From positions 91,311-155,310 of the forward strand of contig CAZMLK010000001.1 of the NCBI GenBank assembly GCA_964567265.1: a stretch of 64,000 bases of DNA. The letters are read 5' to 3'. This DNA is from an uncultured Candidatus Saccharibacteria bacterium. Lineage in GTDB: Bacteria; Patescibacteriota; Minisyncoccia; Phycocordibacterales; UBA12088. Position 1 is the first letter of the stretch, and every line of letters starts with the position of its first letter. Below, one piece after another: positions 57,201-64,000 of the stretch. The notes under the pieces are model-generated. The model was not told the DNA's origin. It did no database searches and worked only from the letters and a program-made list of their open reading frames with translations. The position numbers and the translations under genes are program-made.

Positions 57201-59361
57201 TCCCTACCAAAAAAGCATAGTGAGCATGGATGGCGTCGTCCTCGTGGCGCGCCCGAAGAAGCAGGCGCTCCGCTCGCGCGCGTTCATGACGGACGGCATC
57301 CTGCCACCCGCGCGCCCGCTTGCGGCCGCGCGGGTGGCAGACGCGATCGTCGAGACCGCGCACGGCGTCGGCCGCGCCGCGAAGGGGCTCGCCTTCACCC
57401 TCCTCCTCTCCATCGTCTCGATCAACTTCACCGGCATCGGCTACACGCATGCGTACTTCAACGACAACGAGACCTCGACGAGTAACAAGTTCAACGCCGG
57501 CCTCATCGACTTCGACGCGCTCATCACCGCGAGCTCCTCAGCATTCGCGCGCATCAACTGCACGCCGCACGCGACCAGCTCGCAGATGATCGAGATCAAG
57601 CCGAACGCGAGCTCGAACCCGTTCAAGTACTATCCCGATGTCGACAACATGGGCGGCGACGAGTGCTTCTGCAACCAGATCGACGTCACCGCGTACCTGA
57701 ATGGCGTGAAGGTGTACAAGGGCCCGCTCGCAGGCCTCTCCTCGACCGCGACCACGACGACCGGCACGTGGAAATTCGAATTCTCGACCTCGGTCAACAC
57801 CGCGAACTACATGTGCTCCTATGATGTCGCCTTCAAGGGCTGGCAGACGCGCCACAACTATCCGTCGTACGAGCATGGCGGCTACACCGACATCGAGCGC
57901 GTGCACAATACGCTCTCCTCATGGGGCATCCGCATCAACAAGGTGTATGACGACGTCGGTCCCGGTCGCGGCGCCGAGGGCGACAACGAATGGGTGGAGC
58001 TTTACAACCAGACCAATACATCTATCAACCTCACGGGATGGAAGCTTTGCGACGGCGCGCTCTGTGATGCGTTCCCGACGACCACGAAGCGCATTCCTGC
58101 GGGAGGATTCGCGCTCGTGACCTCCGCGACCTCGACCTTCGACTACTGGAACGTGCCCTCCGGCATCCAGCGCATCGTGCTTCCGGACGGCCGCATCGGG
58201 GACGGCCTCGGCGATCACGCGGACATGCTCGTCCTCAAGCGTCCGGATGGCGCCATCGTCGATCAGATGAACTGGGGTACCATGAGCCCGGCATGGGTAA
58301 ACGTGAATGCGGATGTCTGGAGCCCGGGCGTCACCGATGATGCGGAAGGGAGCATGCTTGCCCGGAAGCCGACCGGATTCGACACGAACAGCGTCTCCGA
58401 CTGGGTGTCGCTCCTCCCGCCTGTCATCGATCTCGTGTCTCCTGACGAGGGTGACTTCGGCGCGATCTGGAAGCAGGGCGAGGTCCACAACATCCTCTGG
58501 ACTGCGCACAATCAGAACGGTCCGGATTCCGCACTCAAGATTGGCCTCTATCTCATCAAGGATACGAATGGCAACCATGTCATCGACAAGAATGACACCA
58601 TAAAAACCATCACCGCGAAGACCGACAATGACGGCCAGTACCAGTACAAGGTGCCGGGCGGATTCAAGGGCGACGCATGGATCCGCGCGATCGCGACGGG
58701 GCCTGAGAATCCGCTTGCGAACTCGATGACGACGAGCGGCAAGTTCACCATCGAGAAGCCGAAGAAGGGCGGCGGCGGGAATGACAATAGCGGCGAATGC
58801 GCGCTCGGCGATTTCGCACCCGATGATGACAGCGACTACGGCCACGACAAGCTCTTCGGGAAGATCGACGAGAAGATGAATTTCCTCGATGGCATCAACG
58901 CGGAGCTTGAGGAAAAAATCAACGACAAGCTTGATGATCTGCAGAGCAAGGTCGATGGACTCCTCGCGGGCGCGGGTGCCGCTGACTTCGGCGATGACGA
59001 CGAAGATGCCGCTCCGGCTGCAAGCGCGGATACGTCCTCAACCGGGACGACCACTGAAGCAGCTGCTCCGGAAAAGCCAGAGAAGCCGACGGCACCGGAG
59101 AAGCCCGAAAAGCCGAGCGATGTGGAGGAGCATATCGCGCCGAAGCAGGATGACGGCGGTTCGACTGCGGATGTTCCCGCTGATACGGGAAAAGCGCCTG
59201 GCTCGGATGATGACGAGACCGCGCTCCACGAGGACCAGAAAGATACGGTCGTGTCAGAGGCGCATGACAATACGTCGCCGGTCGTTCCGCCGACTCCGGT
59301 TGCACCCGAAAAGCCGACGGCACCAGTCAAGCCGACCGCGCCAACGAAGCCGACACACTAG
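57190..59361 (+). CDS. secreted protein with SipW-cognate-like leader, lamin-tail domain (LTD) and Pro/Lys/Thr-rich C-terminal tail
   Basis: Leader ...LLLSIVSINFTGIGYTHAYFNDNETSTSNKFNAGLIDF. LTD GEGDNEWVELYNQTNTSINLTGWKLCDG. C-terminal PEKPEKPTAPEKPEKP low complexity. Confidence 0.75.
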   Translation: MIPSPYQKSIVSMDGVVLVARPKKQALRSRAFMTDGILPPARPLAAARVADAIVETAHGVGRAAKGLAFTLLLSIVSINFTGIGYTHAYFNDNETSTSNKFNAGLIDFDALITASSSAFARINCTPHATSSQMIEIKPNASSNPFKYYPDVDNMGGDECFCNQIDVTAYLNGVKVYKGPLAGLSSTATTTTGTWKFEFSTSVNTANYMCSYDVAFKGWQTRHNYPSYEHGGYTDIERVHNTLSSWGIRINKVYDDVGPGRGAEGDNEWVELYNQTNTSINLTGWKLCDGALCDAFPTTTKRIPAGGFALVTSATSTFDYWNVPSGIQRIVLPDGRIGDGLGDHADMLVLKRPDGAIVDQMNWGTMSPAWVNVNADVWSPGVTDDAEGSMLARKPTGFDTNSVSDWVSLLPPVIDLVSPDEGDFGAIWKQGEVHNILWTAHNQNGPDSALKIGLYLIKDTNGNHVIDKNDTIKTITAKTDNDGQYQYKVPGGFKGDAWIRAIATGPENPLANSMTTSGKFTIEKPKKGGGGNDNSGECALGDFAPDDDSDYGHDKLFGKIDEKMNFLDGINAELEEKINDKLDDLQSKVDGLLAGAGAADFGDDDEDAAPAASADTSSTGTTTEAAAPEKPEKPTAPEKPEKPSDVEEHIAPKQDDGGSTADVPADTGKAPGSDDDETALHEDQKDTVVSEAHDNTSPVVPPTPVAPEKPTAPVKPTAPTKPTH

Positions 59362-59363
59362 AT

Positions 59364-60815
59364 ATGCACGCACTTCGAAATCTATTCCTCGGGTTCTCCG
59401 CATTCCTGGTCCTTGCTGGGAGCGCTCCCTATGTCGCGAACGCAGCGAATCTCGATGTCGTCTTCGAAGCGACGCCGCTTTTCAGCGAGGCGAACATCTT
59501 GCCCGGTGATACGGTGACGAGAAGTGCGCAGGTCTCGAACCTCACCGACGCGCCGCAGGATGTGTACGTGAAGGCGGTGAACGCTGCATTCTCAGGCACG
59601 CTCTCGGACGCGCTCACGATTACGGTGAAGAAGGGCGCGACGACGTATTTCTCCGAAAGCCTCACTGCATTCCTCGATGGCACCCCGCGCGCGCTGACCC
59701 AAGATCTTGCCGCATCTGATAGCGAGGAGTACGCGTTCATCGTCTCCTTCGCACCCGGCTCGGCCAATGAGTACCAGGATGATTCCGTCGTATTTGATTT
59801 CTGTATTGGATTCGCAGGCGGTCCGAACACTTGTATCACTGACGGTGTGGGTGGCGACAAGGGCGAAGCGACAATCGCCTCCTTTGGGGGCGAGTCACAT
59901 GGAGGCGGAGACGGGCCGAATGCATCGAGGGCGGCTGACAGCGGCTCTGGAGGCGGAAACGGAGGAGGTGGAACAGGTGGAAACGGCGGCGGTGCGGGTG
60001 CGCTCGTCATCTTCAACGAGAAGGCGAGCGGTATCAATGATGCTGCGGGAAATGCCGCGATCACTTGGAACACCAACATGCCGGCGACCAGCCGCGTGGT
60101 GTATGGCCCGCGTCCGGACGCCGCGGTCCCGTTCCCGTATGTGCTCGATGTGACCGATCAAAATTTTGGCTATCCGAATACGACGGTCGAGAATCCGCTC
60201 CTCGCGGAAATACATGGCGAGATTATTGAAGGGCTGGCGCCCGGGACCTACGTCGCACGTGTCGTGTCGCGCACGATTCCAGGCGGAGCGGAAACCGTCT
60301 CTCCGCAGTTCACCTTCACGCTCGCGCCGAATGGCACGCTGACGTTTGCACGCGCCGCCGGCACGACCGGAAGCGGGAATGTGTTTGGGAAGGGGGCCGG
60401 CGGCGGAAGCAGCGAAGCGACGACGACCGAGGAGGTCGGCGGATTCTTTGAGACGCTGACGCTTCCAGCCATCGACAATGGCGGTCCGATCGATCAGGCG
60501 GCTGCCGCCGCACTTTCGGTCCCCGCATGGCTCGCTGACAATCTTTCATGTCTTGCGATAGCGCTCGCCATACTCGTCTTCGCATACATCGCGTGGTCCC
60601 TCTTCGACCGCCGACGCGGCCACCACTATGACCACATCGAGCGCGCGAAGATCCGGAATGCATACTTCCTCGCGGGCTCATCGCTCGGGATCATTCTCAT
60701 GGCCGTTCTCGGATATCTCTGCGTCCTCCCGTTTCTCCTTTTCTTCGCGATCGTGTTCCTCATCTGGTACATCGTGCTCTTCTTCCAGGAGCGGGATGAG
60801 GAAGGGGATTGGTAA
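59364..60815 (+). CDS. secreted, C-terminally membrane-anchored protein (possible fibre anchor/assembly factor)
   Basis: Signal peptide. Gly-rich tract GGGNGGGGTGGNGGGAG. FN3-like segment ITWNTNMPATSRVVYG. Two C-terminal TM helices. Confidence 0.65.
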   Translation: MHALRNLFLGFSAFLVLAGSAPYVANAANLDVVFEATPLFSEANILPGDTVTRSAQVSNLTDAPQDVYVKAVNAAFSGTLSDALTITVKKGATTYFSESLTAFLDGTPRALTQDLAASDSEEYAFIVSFAPGSANEYQDDSVVFDFCIGFAGGPNTCITDGVGGDKGEATIASFGGESHGGGDGPNASRAADSGSGGGNGGGGTGGNGGGAGALVIFNEKASGINDAAGNAAITWNTNMPATSRVVYGPRPDAAVPFPYVLDVTDQNFGYPNTTVENPLLAEIHGEIIEGLAPGTYVARVVSRTIPGGAETVSPQFTFTLAPNGTLTFARAAGTTGSGNVFGKGAGGGSSEATTTEEVGGFFETLTLPAIDNGGPIDQAAAAALSVPAWLADNLSCLAIALAILVFAYIAWSLFDRRRGHHYDHIERAKIRNAYFLAGSSLGIILMAVLGYLCVLPFLLFFAIVFLIWYIVLFFQERDEEGDW

Positions 60816-61196
60816 TCGCGCAGATTGACCGGCGGATATTTTCATAGTAAAACGATGGCAGACAAACCAGCGGAGGGCTTTGCATGTTTGATCTGTTTAC
60901 TGCCCGAGACGCTACTCGGCAACTCATTGCGGCAGCACTGACCGCGATCGTCATTTCGCCATACGGCTACGCTCCTGGGGGGATGTACGCCGCGCCTTGG
61001 TGGGAGCCCAGCTGGTCCCGTGCATCTCCATCAGTCCCGTCATTTCGCAAAAAGAAGCGGAGGCTGTTGGCAGCGAAGCAAAAACGAAAGAAGCGTGTAC
61101 GGCCGAACAAGCGGTATCAGCGTTCACTGCGGTAACTTCGCAATCACACAAAGTGGCCTATGCCGAAAGAGTAGGGAGAATCTAGTATGGGCTGGG

Positions 61197-61340
61197 GATA
61201 TGCGTGGCGACATTGGGTGGCGCGGAAGCAGGCGCTTGCAAAGCGGAAGCGTCGCCAAATTGACCAGCTTGCCGCCGCGGAAGCGCAAGGGAAGCCGAAG
61301 CGCAGACGCGGCCCGATATCGTTGTGGTGATGGGGAAGCC
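61197..61340 (+). CDS. possible 47-aa basic Trp/Arg-rich small protein
   Basis: RBS gggaga upstream. MGWGYAWRHWVARKQALAKRKRRQIDQLAAAEAQGKPKRRRGPISLW. Strong terminator at 61332-61380. Confidence 0.35.
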
Positions 61341-61380
61341 CCCGGCCGGTCAGAATGACCGGCCGGGGGCGCACTTTTTG
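61332..61380 (+). terminator. intrinsic terminator
   Basis: ggggaagcccccggccggtc-agaat-gaccggccgggggcgc + actttttg. Confidence 0.7.
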
Positions 61381-61481
61381 ATTAGGCCACACGCCCATCG
61401 AATTGACAAGTGGCTACTTCTGTGGGTATACTTCTACTCGGACAGGAATAGTTCCTGCCGAAACGTTCGGGGTTTTTTCCG

Positions 61482-61757
61482 ATGAATGCCCACACACAAC
61501 AACAAACTCCCTTGTTCCCAGGATTTGGGATTCAGGAAGAGGATGTCGTTCGTCCGGAGAGAGACTTAGGCTACTTGAGCCTGTTGGCCTGCATCGAGCT
61601 GGATATGCTCAGGGCAGCTGAAGTCACTGTCGAAACGTATCTTTCGGAAAACGCAACGCAAGGTATGTGTGTTGATAGCCACGGTTGTGTCCATCGAATT
61701 ACGGCCATGAAAGATGGCGGTCCCACTTTGGACCGCATCAACGCCGCCTACCGCTAA
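61482..61757 (+). CDS. hypothetical protein
   Basis: 91 aa. Followed by the terminator gaggccgcggg-aaatt-cccgcggcctttt at 61785-61814. Confidence 0.45.
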   Translation: MNAHTQQQTPLFPGFGIQEEDVVRPERDLGYLSLLACIELDMLRAAEVTVETYLSENATQGMCVDSHGCVHRITAMKDGGPTLDRINAAYR

Positions 61758-61844
61758 TTTATATAGCGGAAGCAACAGATCACGGAGGCCGCGGGAAATT
61801 CCCGCGGCCTTTTACATTTCCATATTCAATTTTTCGAAGCCAAC

Positions 61845-63092
61845 CTAGTGCGGCGCGACCACTGCATTCAGCTTGAGATTTCCTTGGACGCGGAGAAGAT
61901 CGTCGAGCGGTGAAGGACCTTTCTCTCCGGTCATCTCATTCTTGAGGTGTCGGAAATAGCCGGCAGCCGCGATCATGATGCCGTTGTCAGTCGTAAGCTC
62001 AGGGGGCGGCATGTGGAGGCCGACATTCGGATAGTCAGCCTTGATCATCTTCTCGAACGCCGCGCGGATGGTGGTGTTCGCCGCGACGCCGCCGCCGATC
62101 ACGAGAGTCCGTGCGGCGTTCATGTCGAGCGCGCGCCTCGTCTTCGTGGTGAGTATTTCGGTGACCGAGTCCTCGAACTCCTTCGCAATCTTCTGCTTCG
62201 TCGGGAGATCCAATTTCTCGATGTCCTCGATCATGTAGAGGACAGCGGTCTTGAGTCCTGAGAATGAGAAGTCACAGCTCTCTGAGTGGAGCATCGGACG
62301 CGGGAGCGTGCAGTCGATGCTCATCGGATGATGGTATCCGCTGCCGCTGTGCGCGGCCGCGCGTCCTTGTTCTGCGAGATTCTGGAGGCCGACGCCGCCC
62401 GGGTATGGGAGGCCGAGGAGCCGTGCGACCTTGTCGAAGGCTTCGCCGACCGCGTCATCGCGGGTAGTGCCGATTGCCGTGTATTCCATCCATGAGTGCG
62501 CGAGGACGAGCTCCGTGTGGCCGCCGGAGATGAGGAGCGCGACCAGCGGGAACTCGATCTTCGAAAGCGTGTAGAGGTGTGTGTGCTCCTGATGCTTCAT
62601 GATCGAGGAGATCACGTGGCCTTCCATGTGATTGACCGGCACGAGGGGCTTGTTCCAGGCATAGGCGAGCGCGCGTGCCACGTTGAAACCGACCCAGAGC
62701 GCAGGCTCGAGTCCGGGCCCATGCGTGACGGCGATCGCGTCGATGTCGGGGATTGCTGAATGCTCGAGGAATTCGATCATCTTCTGGCGGAGGGTGACTT
62801 CTTTCACCAATATATTGATGAGCTGCGCTTTCTCTTCGTCAGGAATGACGCGCGGCTTCGGGAAATACAGCTTGGCTCCGATCAGCGCTTCCTCAAGCAG
62901 GGGGAGGATGTTCTCAGCGTGCTCGCGGCGCGCGAGCGACGGATGGACGCCGCCGAATTCAGCATGCTTCTCGATCTGCGAGTTGAGCGCGTTCCCGAGG
63001 ACGAGGAATTCAGCGCCGTCGAAATTGCCCGTCGCTTCAAGGATGCTGATCGCGGTCTCATCGCAGCTCGTCTCGATGCTGAGTATTTTCAT
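61845..63092 (-). CDS. tsaD: tRNA N6-adenosine threonylcarbamoyltransferase TsaD (Kae1/Gcp family)
   Basis: MKILSIETSCDETAISILE. LVPVNHMEGH (His-His metal site). GGVAAN C-terminal motif. 415 aa, slightly long because of internal insertions. Confidence 0.85.
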   Translation of the reverse strand: MKILSIETSCDETAISILEATGNFDGAEFLVLGNALNSQIEKHAEFGGVHPSLARREHAENILPLLEEALIGAKLYFPKPRVIPDEEKAQLINILVKEVTLRQKMIEFLEHSAIPDIDAIAVTHGPGLEPALWVGFNVARALAYAWNKPLVPVNHMEGHVISSIMKHQEHTHLYTLSKIEFPLVALLISGGHTELVLAHSWMEYTAIGTTRDDAVGEAFDKVARLLGLPYPGGVGLQNLAEQGRAAAHSGSGYHHPMSIDCTLPRPMLHSESCDFSFSGLKTAVLYMIEDIEKLDLPTKQKIAKEFEDSVTEILTTKTRRALDMNAARTLVIGGGVAANTTIRAAFEKMIKADYPNVGLHMPPPELTTDNGIMIAAAGYFRHLKNEMTGEKGPSPLDDLLRVQGNLKLNAVVAPH

Positions 63093-63113
63093 GGGGAAAT
63101 GGGAAGCAAGCGG

Positions 63114-64000
63114 CTAAAAGGATAGCAGTAGTATGCTTGAAAATGCGGCCGAAAGGAAGAGCGCGTGGAAGAGTTGCGCCGGCACGAAAATGGCGATCAG
63201 TGTCGCGAGCCCGTAGAGGAGGACGCGGCTCAGCATGAGCACCAGCTCGCGGAAGACGATGAATTCGGCGACGCCGCTCACCTTCGCGAGCCGGTAGACG
63301 CGGGCGTTGAATGGCACGGTCACGAGCGCCGAGAAGAATCCCGCGCCGACGCTGATGCCGTAGAGGAGGAGCTCGCTTTCAACAGTGCTCCGGAGTATCC
63401 AGACAAGCGCCATCGCGAGCGCGCCCGCGCGGAGGAATGCGAGCCCGCCCCTGCTGTCCGAGTATTTGCCAACGATCAAGGTCAGAATCGCGCTCCCGAT
63501 CCCGAGGAAGGTGCCGACGAGGCCGATCGAGAGGATGTTGTGGAACGTGAGGAAGAGGAAGATGGGCCAGAAGACGCCTTCAGGCTCCGCGAGAAATACA
63601 TCGAAGATCTGGAGGAGTACGTATTTTTTGTTGCCTTTGAAAATCGCAAAAAGCTTCGCGCCATGCATCGCGGGCGGCCGCTTGGAATCTCCCATCGCGA
63701 GGAGCGGGATCAGTGACACGAGATAGACAATCGCGACGAAGACGATGAGTGAGCCGAAGCCGAAGGTCGCGGTGATGACGCCGCCGAGCACGGGACCGAG
63801 TACTGAGAGGAGCTGCGGGAACGCGAAAAGCCGCGAGACCTCGCTCCCGACATTTTCTGCGTTCGCCGCTTCGCCGAAGAGGACCTGGATCGGATACCAG
63901 TAGAAGGCGATCTGGAGTCCGGCGAGAACGGCGAGGAAGGTGAGGGGGATGTGCCCGCCGGGAAGCTGATAGAGGCATGCAAGATAGCCGAAGAGGAACG
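63114..64000 (-). CDS. MFS-type transporter (partial; 5' end beyond the window)
   Basis: The ORF has no stop through 64000. Multiple TM helices. VGKYSDSRGG resembles MFS motif A. C-terminal half only. Confidence 0.55.
   Translation of the reverse strand, partial: FLFGYLACLYQLPGGHIPLTFLAVLAGLQIAFYWYPIQVLFGEAANAENVGSEVSRLFAFPQLLSVLGPVLGGVITATFGFGSLIVFVAIVYLVSLIPLLAMGDSKRPPAMHGAKLFAIFKGNKKYVLLQIFDVFLAEPEGVFWPIFLFLTFHNILSIGLVGTFLGIGSAILTLIVGKYSDSRGGLAFLRAGALAMALVWILRSTVESELLLYGISVGAGFFSALVTVPFNARVYRLAKVSGVAEFIVFRELVLMLSRVLLYGLATLIAIFVPAQLFHALFLSAAFSSILLLSF

Overview
This is a high-GC (~60-65%) bacterial chromosomal window, densely coded on both strands. Supported housekeeping genes are lepA, valS, tsaD, murJ, a heterodimeric ABC exporter pair, two MFS transporters, an Hsp20, a glutaredoxin, a sensor histidine kinase, and M23 and trypsin-like peptidases. 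RNA genes are four tRNAs (Ser-GGA, Gly-CCC, Arg-CCT, Phe-GAA) and an RNase P RNA (rnpB) hidden under spurious ORFs at ~21.5-21.9 kb.

Two accessory regions stand out:
- A TasA/camelysin-like fibre locus at ~52.4-60.8 kb: three tandem secreted paralogs carrying SipW-cognate signal peptides, then a SipW-type signal peptidase, then a lamin-tail-domain protein with the same leader motif, then a membrane-anchored partner.
- A surface/exopolysaccharide block at ~37-48 kb: three Gly/Asn-rich repeat proteins sharing a novel N-x-A-x-V-x-N-x-V module, a fused polysaccharide deacetylase plus processive GT2 synthase (PgaB/PgaC-like), and a Big/DUF4082 surface protein.

Other notable observations:
- A lower-GC (~50%) island at ~8.8-12.6 kb, next to tRNA-Ser, encodes four unrecognisable wHTH-like proteins.
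- A ~120-nt structured element lies just 3' of both tRNA-Arg and tRNA-Phe; the two copies differ by compensatory base-pair changes.
- A tRNA-Gly 5' half is duplicated and fused to a perfect hairpin.
- A ~900-nt intergenic region carries terminator-delimited candidate sRNAs.
- One gene fuses spermidine-synthase-like and M28 peptidase domains.
- A run of small minus-strand lipoproteins and secreted proteins lies at 47.9-51.9 kb.

The gene content (short valS, DUF4082/Ig surface proteins, many small secreted proteins) is compatible with a small-genome lineage such as CPR/Patescibacteria; that is inference only. No CRISPR array, integrase or transposase was recognised. All calls are by eye from sequence and translated motifs; no searches were run.
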